Under the pieces are notes generated by a model, which was given only the letters and a program-made list of their open reading frames with translations, had not been told where the DNA came from and searched no databases. DNA of 64,000 nucleotides from Bugula neritina (lineage: Eukaryota > Animalia > Bryozoa): positions 6,500,722 to 6,564,721 of the forward strand of contig OZ037766.1 in NCBI GenBank assembly GCA_964035545.1. The letters run 5' to 3'. Positions within the stretch are counted from its first letter, which is position 1, and every line of letters begins with the position of its first letter. Shown piece by piece: positions 50,801 through 64,000 of this stretch. The translations under genes were made by a program, and so were the position numbers.

Positions 50801-53800
50801 ATATAAAATTGAAAAAAAATTTAAAACTCACTCATGCACGTAAATACAAAGCTATAAAGTTTAAGCTTCGCTGTGATTACCATGTGAATATGAATTGAAT
50901 AATGCTTGCAATAGCTATTTTACGCAAAATACTTTACAGTTGCTATAAATGTAAGACTAGTAAATTGGATGCAAATAGGCACAGTAATACTACTTAATTT
51001 ATGCTATTTTTGAAATTTGTAGTAATTATTTGGCGTGCATAATATATATATATATATATATATATTATGCACGCCAAATATATATACGTATATATATACA
51101 CATATACACATATATATATACACATTTAATATATACCACTTTGATGGCAACAAGTCATTTTTATTAGTCCGTGAATGAGTCTTGCACGAGATACAAGCAG
51201 CAGAACATTGCCAAATAGAGAAACTTAGTAGAAATGAAATAATCACTGTTGCTAAAATTCTATTGACCAATCAAATGGTACTTATCGTGGATTGTGATTT
51301 TTCGTCTATCGTCATCGTTGTGCACACCCAACGATGACGATTTCGTTTGATTTCCCTCAAATTTTCTCGTACGAAAGTTTTTTCGTGTCAAATAGACGAT
51401 TTCGTGTGATTCTCACGATCGTGTGGCCAGGGCTTAAATAGGTTTTAATCTTACTTTTACTTTTTTAAATAAATTATAAAATGCTTTTCAATGATTTATT
51501 TTTACTGAAATTGTATAAACTGAATAGAATACTATATTGAAGTGTATATATTCACACATACTAATACATGGTACTCCTATAGATGTACGTTTTTCTGCAT
51601 CCAGGAGTTATTTTCCAAATCCTGGAGTCCTAAATTTATATATTTCCCAGCCCTGCTTTTTGTATTGCAGACATTTTTTGTTATAAAACTTACTTAAACT
51701 TTTTTTTCAATATATCATGTTGAATAACTAATTTTTTCATCTACATTAAGTGAAATTCACAGCCAATTGTATTTTGAAATTTTAAAAAGATTTCTGTAAA
51801 ACCATTTTTATATTATTTTCAGATAATAATAAGGCAACGTTGTTTTATTGCTTATCATTTTATATATAGAGTTGAAAATGTTGAGTTTATTTCAGCTGGT
51901 AGATCTCCAGGCATCTTCATCCACTGGAATATTTGCTCAAAGCAGCAGTTACTATGGAAACGTAGCCCAATATTACAACTCGCAGGCACAAAACCTCTCT
52001 AATGCTGATATAAAAAATAACCTGCTGTCACTATCCCGGGACTACCAGACTAATAGTGAGACTCTTAGCAGGTTAGAGATGAAACAAGAGCAGCTCAATC
52101 TTCAAAGCAAATTAATTGCTGCTGAAACAGCGAAAATGATTCAGCTTTTTCAAGCTTGCAGAGTTCAGTTGCAAGGCGTATTACAGGCTATTGAAAAGTT
52201 CAACACTGATTTAATGACTTATGTCAACTCTTCTGATGTCACACAAGTGGTGGATGCCGCACACGATAGGTTCTTGTTTATTTGTAACACGTTCTTGGAG
52301 AGGTCGTTGGCTGTGTTCAGAAATAACATGGGAAGATGCGGCCATTTTGCTTACATAAACGACATCTTTAATCAAGTCTTTCAAACATTGGCTGATAGGT
52401 TAGTCTGAACAACTTTTTATTTCGGGTTGGTAACTGTAGATAATGCATTATTATGTAAAAATACACAAATGGATTATAATTTAACATACATGAAGTTATG
52501 TAATATTTTTAGATATGCAAATATAATGTGGGTAATACTACTGGTGTTGCTGTTATCACTGAGTGCTGCTTCAATAGCCAATGTGCTGATTTATAAGTAC
52601 TTTGGAACTTATATTGGCATAGAATTGCTGCCAGATGATGAGTTACTGAGACGCAAGTCTGCTGCGTACGTCTCACATTATTACATAACTATTAGTTCTA
52701 AGATGTATTATAGCATTGCTGCTGTACAAGCTTTCAGAGAGCAAGCTTTCAGTCAAATAGCTAATATTTTTGGCATATACTGATTCCAATCTCTCTGCAC
52801 TAATCAACCATCTACCAAGTATTGTACAAAAACAGCTTATTTTCATAATCCTATAGTTTTAAGATGTGAAATATATAAGATATGCTCAGGGAAGCCCTAT
52901 TAGGTACACAAGAACTTATCAGTGACTTACAACTAATGAGAAAAACAATTTTAAAAGCCAAAAATCATCTGCCTAAAGTTTTTTCCGGTAGCTCCATAAG
53001 TGAACTTAGTATAGCTGCAAAGCTTCCTGTAGTTGACTCATATGTAAGTTAGAGTTGTCTTATTTTTATCTCTGAAATTTTTCAGATCTTCAGTTGGACT
53101 CAGCACAGTAACCGATGAACCTCCGTCACTCAACTTCAACAAGGATCAGCTGAGAAAAGATGTTGAGAGACTGCTTGTTAGTCGTCTGCAGGGTATAGAT
53201 GTCACGCCTCAGCAGGTGCGTCAAAGAGGGCCTAGCCTCAGCACTTCTAAAGGGAAAGAGCAAGGCAGGCTGTCACTGAAACACACCAAACCTGCTGGCA
53301 CGAGAAGAGCCAGGTCTATGGTTCATTTCAGTGATGAGAAAGATGGAGAGATATACAACAGTGAAACTGATCTGAGGCCTGGTGTGAAGTTGTACTCTCT
53401 TGATGATCTTTCGTTAATTGATGTTTCTCTAAAATGTAAGGTCATCACTTGTGCTGTAATGGAGTATGTTTTGGCAATACTTTGTAAGATGTAGACGAAA
53501 AATTTTCATAATTATAAATATGTAATGGGTGTTTTGGTTGGCTTAAATATTGGCAAAGTGAGGTGATGGTATAAGTAAATACCTGATTATAATATACTAA
53601 GTGATGTTTATTAAAAGGACAGAGATGTAAGACTATGAGCTTGCTTCTTGAAAACCAGAAAAATGCAGTGAACATATCTTCTTATATTTTGGTCTAACTT
53701 GTTCTTAAAATGTGAAATAATGTTTGGAATACAATATATTATGACATGTGGCATGATTCAGTACACGTGGTATAATATATGGTGAGTGAAATGATCCAAT

Positions 53801-55190
53801 ACCATGTGATATAACAGCCTATAATATAATTATATAAAGTTATGTATCATATGTATTATATAATAGTCTGCATACAAATTTGTGTTGCAGTAAGTGAAGC
53901 TAGCACTCCTTTAGTCTATCCATCAGATGAACAATTTATACAGAATACTTCTGCCCAGAGTATTGTCAGACACAAGGCCAGTAGCAGCAGAACCCACGGT
54001 TTAGAATATAAAGGAAGTGATAATCTCTCAACCTCTGGCAATAAAGCACCTGAATCTTTATACTATGACCTGAATGGTAGGTTGAAACTTGAATCTATTT
54101 TTCATGTTTTCACTGAGATGGGTGTAGTATGTAACCCTAATATTCGAGTGCTGTGAATGTAAATTAGTTGACCGTTTAGATACCTCATAACTACAGAGAT
54201 ATAGGTGTCGGTTTTAATGAACAGCTCTTGAAAATGATCGACTTTAGAAAAACAGGTTACTGTTTAAGTTTACTACTTGGTGTGTTTGTTTAGGCAACGA
54301 CTTTAGAATAGGTTCTGGCGACCAGAGCTATAACACTGGTTGGCAATGAATCTTGTTTCATACAGTGTTGAGATACATACAAGGGCTATTACTACAGCAC
54401 TTTTCTATGAGTTATCTTCTTTCTTTAGCACTCTGCTGACTTTAGGAAATTAGAGTGTTGATTAACAATACTAGTAATTTCACTAGCTACTCTTTTGTCT
54501 AATATTAACTAAGAATTTTAACAAAGTGTTTTTCAAATATTTTAAAAATGATGTGTGTCGTAAAAATGCAATTCATTGTATATAGTCCTTGGCAATATAT
54601 AAAATGATTTTTAAAGCTCCATATTACACCTATATCTTATAATCATAATAATATAAAATTAGTAAAACTATATATATTGTGCTTTACTCGTAGTTTGTAG
54701 TACTTTTGTATGTTTGGTGAAGTTATAAAGTTGTATTATATTGTAGAAAGTGTGTCAGAAATATTCAAGGACAGTTTTACTTCACTATACTCTCCATTTG
54801 AGGCGGTTAATGGATCCCACTTCTACCCACAAGTCAGTCTTGACAACAAAACCAGTGAAGCAACCGGAAAGACAACTCCGCAAATAGTTTGTATTTTTTA
54901 TAAAATATATATTTCCCGTAAATACAAAGTTTTCTTGAAACAAAAATTGAGTCTAACTATTGAAATTGATTTTTGATTGGTCTACTTCAACGCTGAAGTT
55001 TAGCATACTTGAAATTGTATGTTGTTAATTAGTCATGAAGCTAATCTGTAATTGGCTGGTGCTGTAGCCTTATTTTTTTTCATTTTTTCTAATTGCATTT
55101 ACAGCTTTTTATTATAGCATACCATTTAGATTCTTAAGATTTCAGTGTTATATTATTCTGTTTTAGACTAAGCTGCATTCCTTAAGATGA
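44872..55190 (+). CDS. Divergent prominin-like pentaspan membrane glycoprotein (~1045 aa)
   Basis: 20 phase-compatible exons: 44872-44926, 45065-45202, 45392-45441, 46085-46281, 46584-46771, 46880-46960, 47341-47534, 47787-47864, 48248-48376, 48551-48639, 49020-49175, 49601-49810, 50137-50215, 50304-50441, 51896-52398, 52513-52665, 53086-53435, 53891-54076, 54747-54886, 55167-55190. Topology TM1-(YYYCCKK)-TM2, large helical N-glycosylated loop, TM3-TM4, second large loop ending GRC..., TM5 (NIMWVILL...KYF). True start and last exon uncertain. Confidence 0.72.
47878..48078 (-). mobile_element. V-SINE-like copy 5 (near full length)
   Basis: B-box GGTTCGAGCCC, body AGGAAAAGCATCCAG; probable 8-bp TSD TGATTATT (47870-47877, 48079-48086); inserted just after a donor. 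Confidence 0.85.
49800..50044. repeat. Minisatellite of 10 units (22-27 bp) duplicating an exon end plus 5' splice site
   Basis: Unit ACTCTAGTACA|GTGAGTA(T)TACT(AGTT); unit 1 spans the real exon/intron junction at 49810/49811. Confidence 0.93.
50559..51434. mobile_element. Non-autonomous PIF/Harbinger-type DNA transposon (876 bp) in prominin-like intron
   Basis: TIR AGCCCTGGCCACAC(C/G)ATCGTGAGAAT(G/C)ACACGAAA, 3-bp TAA flanks at 50556-50558 and 51435-51437; no transposase ORF. Confidence 0.85.
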
Positions 55191-56943
55191 TGAAGAACTA
55201 CATTATGTTGAAGGGCAATCAATTATGATTATTATCATTATTATACTATTTTTACATTATATATGGTTAGTTTAGCAATTAAAATGTCATTTTGTGCTGT
55301 ACAAAATTATAAAAAATGACAATAAAAACTCAATCACATGATATAGCAACTGCTGACTTGTTTCAGGCCTCCAGCACTTTTGGCAGCATTTCTATCTACA
55401 CGTTTATATAGTAGTTTTCTTTCACTGGCACAATATTTGGTCAAAACTAATCTGTAATAAAATTGAAGTAAAAGGCATGTTCTAGGTGTTGTATTTTTAA
55501 TTTTAAAATAAAACTAATTATACATTTTAAGCTATAAAGTGCAATGAGGTTGTTTAAGATGACCTTAAGTGCCTAGTATAAATTATTTTTTTGTATTTCT
55601 GCCTATTTCTGGCATCTTACCACTTTAATAGGGTTTAGTTTGAACCATTGGAACTATTTTTATTCTCAGCGTCAGTACCTCTTGCCACTAAAATGGTTCC
55701 AGAATAACTTAAAGCTAAATTTTCTGCAAGTTAACAAATTATAAAAACACAGACCTGGCAGATTTTTGGTCAGAAACTAGATAATTTGAATAATATTTCA
55801 TAATTTTGAAGACACGTGCGCAATAAAAAATACTTCGTGCAATATAGACTGTACTATTTTTAGCCTCTCACGGTTTGAAATGAAGCGTACCTTTAGAAGC
55901 TTACAATTATGACACAATCTTAATATAGTTTTCACTTGTGATGAAATAAAAGGTCTTTCTTGTATAATTTTTAGAGTCTAGATTTTTAACAAATTTAATA
56001 AAGTAGGCACCTATGTAAGAGCATGTATTAAACATACATAATTTGGCATTATCATTAACAAGTTTCAATCCTGTATGGTAAATAGATTTTATAAATCCCT
56101 AAGATAAAATTTAATGTTGGCACTATGCATCATGTATTTAGCACTAATTTGTGCTTATACACAGTGCCTAGCCTTGGAACCTAGATTATTATGCTTAGCA
56201 CTCAGCTTGCACTTTTGAGAAATTGCTAAATATTATTTTATTTATATAACGGAATAAAATTATTTATACAAGATATTGCAATACAATGCAAGCTCGTAAC
56301 CTTTCTATGCAATAAATAGCTTCCATACAATATCACTAATCTACATAAGTGTTATTATGTGGCAATTATGTCATAAAATCTGCAGTAAATATTTAAATCA
56401 TCATAATTTATATTAGATGAATAAAATAATATTTGCAGTTAGCTATTATAATAACGTCATAATACCTGGCAAATAGACATTTACGTCAATTTTTGTTAAT
56501 AAAAATGTTATAAACTATGTAATTTAATGGTAAAACAATAAACATTAATATGCACACATGAATGTAGCAGCACATAGTTCATGTTATCTGAAGTATCCTG
56601 TAAAGCACTTGGTGCTGGTAGACTCACTGTTCAAGGATGGAGTACCTCAGTCTATTTTATAAAGAACGATAATAATTGATAAGCTTGTGGTCAAGCCATA
56701 ATATGAGCTGCATTACACGGTGTATGAAGTATTACTTATAAAGAGTTGGTTTATGTTTGCTACTTTGTGTTGCATCTGGTTAGATTTAAGCAGTTTTAGG
56801 GAATCGTTTCCTACGAAATCTTGACCTGGCACATGGTTATTAGTGATTATGAAGCATTTAAAGATGGCATTAGAGTGAAGAAAGTTGCTGGCTGCCTGCT
56901 ATGTGGAACTATTAACCTTGACTTTTCTCTCTCTGCCTCAGTT

Positions 56944-59413
56944 ATGCATATCATCAGCTTTTCTTGGTCTATTTTACTTTCTGTGTTTATTATTTGTGGT
57001 GAGTAGAACTATTTATTTATTGAAAGAACAGCATTTAATCTTTATATATTATTTGTATTGCTGTATTAAACTTTGTATACTGTTTGTACTGCTGCATTTA
57101 ACTGTATTTATAACAAAAAATATTACTAGCAGTTAGCAAAATATTATCAAAAAGAGTATTTATATTTCAGTTTAAAAAGAAACAAATTAATGCTTTTCAG
57201 ATATATCTAGTTTTAGCAGTGGATAATTTTGGTACCTATTGCATCATACATCAGTTTGTATGGTAAATTAGTTGCATATACTGATAGCTGGTGCATCATA
57301 ATTTTTCTCTAACGTGTAATTCACAGAGAGGAGTGTATGTGATGACTCAGAAGAGCTCAGCAGCACCACAGAGCAGATTGAGCTGTGTGTGCAAGTAGGA
57401 GCTTACTGCGTAGAGTCGGGATGCCAGCGAGTTCTCCGACATCAGTGGAGCATCCCTCTGTGTCACAACTCGAGAATCTGCTGCGCTTACCCGGAGCCGA
57501 CCACCACGCAAGTGACTGTTCCTTCAGGTCTGTGATATTCAGTGCCCAGCAGTTATGTTGTCTAAATCTCTTGTTACATACAAGATTTAATGCCTCTAAT
57601 TTTTAGCTGAACTGAAAAATGTGCTGTCCTAAAAGTTTTGCTACAGGATTAACTGCTATAACCAACTGCATTTAATAATTAATTATATTACAATATTCTG
57701 ATAACTATTATTATCTTTATACTACACTTCTCTCTAATACCAATTATAAGTTATTGATTTAGTATAAATAAAATTATAACAACAATTAATTATGTATAAG
57801 CAATGCTATTTGTTTTACATTTTTCACATCATTGTAACTATTTTATCAGGTAACGTCGATATATTTATTATTAGTATGATTAGTGACTGTATTAGGAACT
57901 AAACATTGTAATTCATATGAAAATAATATGAATATAAGTATTTTTGTATGCATAGTCGCCAGAGACAGTACTTGTGTATGAATATGCATACAAATATGTA
58001 TTTTTAAAACGGGCTTTTGAAAGTGGCAATTAAAAACATAATTAAAATGGAAAAAATTCACCTGTCTGTGGTTGTATAGCATAAGGTATATCCAGTGTGC
58101 AAAGTCGATGTAGATTATCCTAAATTATGTTAATTGGCAAAGAGATAATCTTACATTTATTAGTGATAAAACTTTTATAATCATATGAAACATGTTGATG
58201 TATTTCAAGCAATGCTAAATGGCTGAATAATCCTCCACTAGGACACTTGCTGTGTCTGTACCAGCAATAGTTTGTCCTCATTAGTTATATTAGTAGATAT
58301 TATTACATTGTAGAAAGGCAATAGTAATAGAGCAACATTACCCCAAATCAGTTATTTTATATACAAAACTATACCCTGAAGAATTGAAACATCTCTCTGT
58401 CTGTATAAATTACTAGATTGTGACTGAATTTCTGTTTTGTAGGAACACTGTCTAATCACATTGAGATGGCTCTGGGACCCACTAACCAGTGTCACCAACG
58501 ACAAGGTGTATGTCAGGCTTGGTACAACGTCGCCTACTCCTGCAATGGTAAGGAGTTTAAAGATTACAGGCTACAGTTAAATGGGTGTAGAAAGTGTTGA
58601 GTCCCTCCTTTTTTGTTATTTACTAAACGTAGCAGTTCGCGGTGGAACAAAAATTTAATGATTAAATAAGTTCTAAGACTTTAAAACATTTCTGGATTAC
58701 AAAATACATAACTTTTAAATAGAATAAAAAAATTCCAATAACTTCTCCAATTTTAACAATAAACTATAAGACATTGTATTGTGTTATATTATAGCTTACT
58801 GATTTATATTATATGTTGCAATACTTTCTACATACTTTATTACAGCACTGAGCTATTATACATCATGTCATACTAATTAATACTGCATTGAACCATTGAA
58901 CTATATTGTAGTATCAGACAATTTATTGTCTTGTTGTCTAATTACTATGTATACATCATAACTCTTGCCAAGTGCCAAAGCATCATTTGTATGACGTATT
59001 GCATGCCTCCTACTTCAAGGCACAGCTGAAAGGTTGGCTTGCCAAAACGTGTGGCAAAGTTGCTGCGTGCCATCAAGTAATGTAGAAGAAATAACAACTG
59101 CAGCCCCACCCGCATCAACCCAGGCAGTGCAGCTGACCTCAGGTAAGGAAGTGTGCCAATTTGTCCACTCGAACCATGTTATGATGATAAATTACTTTAT
59201 AATGGTATGACTTCATAAGTGCTCCAGTTGTTTTACTCAGAAACAAGACATGTTAAAGCGCTGGTGTTTGTATGTCAGCTTTATTTGTTATTCTGCACTT
59301 TGCACATTGACACAATTATGTTTATCTACTTTTTATGACTTAGGAATAACAATATTAATCATTAATTACTTGTTGTTTAATTGTCAAAACTCACAAACAT
59401 GGCAGAGACTGTA

Positions 59414-59451
<38 letters not shown>

Positions 59452-62400
59452 TTTCAAACGATTGGAAGTTTTCCAAAAATCAATGTTAGTGGTAACATTG
59501 GTTAACTTGATATATGTTTGATAGTGAATTTTGTTAGCTAGCAAGACAATATGCATCAATTAGAAACATCAGTTTTTCCATCCAATGGACACGCACTTAT
59601 TACAAAAGCAGTTCAAAAATTATCCAATACATTTTTTTCTAAAATAAAAAGATATTTTCAACAATTTTTATTAAACTGTTATTTACAAAATTGTATGATA
59701 ATAATATGTATTTGCATGAAATTATTCCTAACACATCAACTTCAATGCAGTCAGAGTTCAGATAAATAATATAGCAGTATTTTAATTAGGTCAATGTGGA
59801 CATCAAATACGAGCACCGAGGCAGAAAAGGATTGTGGGAGGAAGTCTATCATTGCCAGGCACGTGGCCGTGGCATGTGGGGATAAGCTCAGCGCTAGGGT
59901 ACATACACTGCGCTGGAACAATCATTAACAGTACCTGGATAATAACAGCTGCTCACTGCTTCAAGAGGTAGTGTGATCAAACTTTTCTTATTCGGTGATG
60001 CGGAAAAATACTAACAAGTTTTCTAAATTCTTTAATAAATTGAGCTGTTGAGAATTCAAAATAGAATCTACAAGAATGCTTTGATTACTGCCGTTTAAAG
60101 TTAAAAAATACAGACTGGTCATATAGTCTAATGTAAATCAAGTGAAAGTAATGGTGCTTATAAGAATTTAAAAGCATTTTGGTGGTTAAGAAACTTTATA
60201 TTCAATATTTAATTTTTAAGTTTTCTTATAAATTTATAGAAGGGCTGCCAAAGCATATATTATTTCATTGACCATTTATTAGAATTTACTCTCTTGACAC
60301 CTTTCATTAACAAATTGATTTATAACGGCTTTAATAGGCGGTTTTTATCAACAAGAAAGACACCGAATTATGATAAACTGACAGTATTAATAAAATTAAC
60401 TCTATCCTGTTGAATTAATATTGCCTAGGTGTTTCTAACATGGTAACTAGCAGGTAAAATATGCACTAAACTTTGCAACAGTTACTTTCTACCTGCAACT
60501 AGTATTAATGTAGCTGTTTTAAATGCATCACCTTTTCTGCTACATGCTACTCTACCAGTCTGATTGTTGTTACTATGTAGTTTGGCACTTCATTGCACTT
60601 GGTATGTATTTTTTATAGAATTCGAGATCACTCCCTTTACAGGATTGTAACTGAGACACAAAATAGGTCAAATCAGCAATCATACTCTATCAAAAGAGTC
60701 ATCAAGGTAATTATGGTTTCACCCTTTAAATCTAACTGGTTTTTTTATTTCATTGCATGCATCATTGTAATTTATTTAAGCTCATCAGCTATAACATGTT
60801 CTTTATTTCAAAATATAAAACATGTATCTTTAATTTTAATTTCATTAATCTCTAATTTAATTTGAAATTTAGCAGCTTATATAAGTATCTGTTTAATTTA
60901 ATTTTTTATTGCTTTATACATGTTTGAAATTTTAACAAAGATTAAACAGTGAAGGTTAATCTACCACTAATTGTTATTTACAGCTACTAACTACTAGTCA
61001 CTGTACATCATTTACAGATTAGTAGAGAGTAGGAACATCACATAGCATGCATTGTAGAGGCTCGACGAGTTTAGTTGTGAAACTATAAAGTGACAATAAA
61101 CTACTATCAAATTAGCAAATTCTTATCGCAAAATCTAAAAACCAATATGAACAAAATATTAAGTAATAATTTTACGCTTTGAAGACATCTTGTGCAGTTA
61201 AACAATTGGGGAAAAATTCTAGTAACTTTGGCATTAGGTATTCAAAGTGTTGAGTGTGTAACTGAATTTTTCTACGCTTATATAGCAAACTAACGAAATC
61301 CAATAAAAAGTGGAATTTAAAGTATTCATATATGAATATAATAGGATAACACTTGTAAGCATAGTTCTCAAATAATGGTTAGTGACTTATTTTGCTATGT
61401 TATGTTGCAGCATTCTTTATTCGAGGAACATAATCACGCAGGATCTGGCCATGTTCACAAGTACGACATAGCATTAGTACAGCTGAATGAAGCAATCGAA
61501 TACACCAACAATGTGCAGCCAGCATGCTTGCCTTCACTTTCTGATACTTTTGAAGGTAAAACGTGTTGGCTCACAGGCTGGGGTTCTACAAGGTTCAACA
61601 GCACAGGTAAAATAATTATTTAATCAGCAATTGATGTAATAAACTGCTTATTATAACACTTTCATCTGCTGCCCATCCATCAGTTGCTGCTAAATCTAAT
61701 TAGATTTTAAGTCTCAATTGAATAGCCTTTTTAAGTTGTTTTTATACATAATTTCCTTTCAGATAAATAGACTTTCTCCCTCACCCCTTCTACTGCTAAG
61801 GACACGATATGTTGGCACATCATGTCATTACAAGCTTCTATTAATAACTGATAAAAAAATCCTTGTTATTATCAAAAGTAAAATATTGTAAAGTTTGCCA
61901 ATACAGTACATTTCGAAAAAATCTGCGTAGGCATACTACAATAGACAATACTTTATTCGTATATTGCTGTTACTTGGTGTAAAAAATTGAATATTTTCAA
62001 TTTGTGTGCTCTAGTAGCACGAAGAAGAAACGTGACTCTTGCAAAGCATGCAGCTGCTACCAAAATTGGTTGCTTAATTCCCAGGGTAGTCAAGTATAAC
62101 AGCAGCGATAAGGATAACCTCCTCGAGTTGAAGGGTTTATTCGGTTCATTTACAGAATATTGTATTCAATTGCATCTTATAGATATCTGAATGTTTGTCT
62201 TCAGACAATTACATTTATTACTATGTTCCTTATAACACTTCATTATGTAACAAGATAAGAACTAAAACAACTATAAATATAAATATTAATGGGTTTTTTC
62301 TTATCTAATGCTTTATTAATGGCACAATGTTGATAAACTTATCAATTTAAATGCAGTGTAAGTAGTTAATAAATAACTCATAGTTGAAACAATGTCAAGT

Positions 62401-62885
62401 CTATATACATGTTCTCAAATAATATATGAAAAAATCCTAATTAACGGTGAAAAATCGCTTAGTTGTGTTTTAACTAAGTGAACCAAACACAATTGCATAT
62501 GGAACAATTTTTCATGTTTAACAAAAAGTAAAAAAGTGACACCATTATGAAAAGTCTATATTTCTAAGTTTTCTTGTGTATGTCTCTAATAAAATTCAAT
62601 AGAATGTGTTGAATGTGATTCAGAAAAATGCAATGAGAAGTAACAATTAAGATATATTCCTGCTTGCATGCTATCATATTAGATTAATCTGCATATGTAC
62701 AATACAATGTAACTGACAATGAATTTACATGTTGCGGTGTTTCTGTGATTTCAGAAGAAGGATTCAGATTGAGGCACGTCAGGGGAACGGTTCTGTCCAG
62801 CACAGTGTGTCAGTCAGAACACTGGGGAAACCTCATAGACACTAAAATGATATGCTTTGGTAATGAGCATGGCGGAGGCTGCACG
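56944..62885 (+). CDS. Secreted S1A serine protease zymogen with two N-terminal six-Cys defensin/clip-like modules (3' end outside window)
   Basis: Exons 56944-56998 (signal peptide MHIISFSWSILLSVFIIC), 57327-57527, 58443-58547, 59020-59142, 59790-59967 (CG...RQKR/IVGG...WPW...TAAHC), 60619-60706, 61411-61606 (YDIAL...VQPACLP...CWLTGWG), 62755-62885 (MICFG...GGCT). The GDSGG exon is not in the window. Confidence 0.9.
59418..59447. repeat. (TA)n microsatellite
   Basis: Seen directly. Confidence 0.9.
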
Positions 62886-64000
62886 GTATGTATCTTTTCA
62901 TTCCTCGCTTATCTGTATGTAGTTAAGAACCTGATAAAGTTCTGTGCTAATAGCTTTTTTATTTCATGATATTTTATCATCACTTAGATCTTAAGAATCA
63001 TGTACCACATTTCCTCTTTGTCCAAATCTACATTTTTTGATTTCAGTCTAAATTATTATAGAGCTACTTTCTTGATGTTAGCATTAAACAAGTCGTCAAT
63101 AGCTAATGTTTCATTTTCACACAGAACAATCTAATAATAGATTTGTGAACATTACTTTAATCAATACTTGCACAAACTTTAGCTATTTGTCAATATTTAG
63201 ATTCTAGAATTTATATTTTAAAAATATAATTCATAAATAATACTGTTAATTTATATATAGAAAAAGTTTTTAGAAAGTTTGTTGGGGAATTGATATGATA
63301 CAGTTTCAAACCAGCTACAAAAAATATTTATACTGTGCATAGCTATAAAATCTTTATATCAACAGAGAATTTTATATCAGAAAAATTAAACCGTGGAAGA
63401 AATAATTAAACTACAAGCTATAAAACTTCTGATAAACAGCTATAACTAATGATGTGTGCACATGTATAGCCTACAGATAATCATCAACATAATTACGGCT
63501 CTTCCAAATAACTGGAAATAATAATCTAAAGTCATACAAAAACAAATATAAAAAAACAGAAATTGTCGAAATTGGATTGTTGCCATTGGCTATTTCTTTA
63601 TATTTTTCCATATCCTGTTTCTAAAACTGTCAATTCATAACTTGGTCTGGCAACCATCTGAATGAAAGCACAAAAAATTATTACATGTATCAACATGGCA
63701 TTATTGTATAATCAGATTCTACGTATCAGCTTTTTTTAATATATAATTAGACATTTCTGGAATGTTTAAAGAAGTATTTTGTATATAATCGGTTAGAAGC
63801 AATGCTGTGGTTACGTTGAAGATAATTGTGTGACATCTATGCAGATTCAGTTGGTAACCTAAATCGGTATGTAAGTCAATAAAATGTGTCAGTACACAGC
63901 TGGCTGAGCTGATTGGTGACTGCTGCAGCTGGATGCAACACTGTCTGACCGTCTACGTCCTTAGCCAGTGCATGTTTATTGGTTACAAAGTATTCAACTG

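Noticed and set aside
51590-51655. Possible hAT-type MITE end (TTCCCAGCCCTG)
   Set aside because: No partner TIR or TSD found.

Overview
AT-rich, intron-rich animal (invertebrate-type) genomic DNA; nothing prokaryotic is present and most ORF-track entries are single exons or noise. Six spliced protein-coding genes could be rebuilt by hand with consistent GT-AG boundaries and exon phases: (1) the 3' part of a non-classical Cad99C/PCDH15-like cadherin (+, <64-15460); (2) a KIAA0513/SBF2-domain gene (-, 18399-24582); (3) a small soluble cytochrome b5 (+, 32671-34101); (4) DDX20/Gemin3 (+, 37406-44367); (5) a divergent prominin-like 5-TM protein (+, ~44872-55190); (6) a secreted S1 serine protease with two N-terminal six-cysteine defensin/clip-like modules (+, 56944->62885, runs off the window). 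The cadherin introns hold five intact tRNA genes (Gln-CTG, 2x His-GTG, 2x Lys-CTT) and one decayed tRNA-like element. Repeats include five copies of a tRNA-derived V-SINE-like element, a Tc1/mariner-type MITE family, a PIF/Harbinger-type non-autonomous element and several minisatellites at splice sites. Best leads: tRNA genes placed tail-first against exon borders, including an inverted identical tRNA-His pair bracketing an in-frame four-exon block; minisatellites made of duplicated splice donors/acceptors; and the defensin/clip-like protease architecture. All assignments are by eye and from memory of family motifs; no searches were run.
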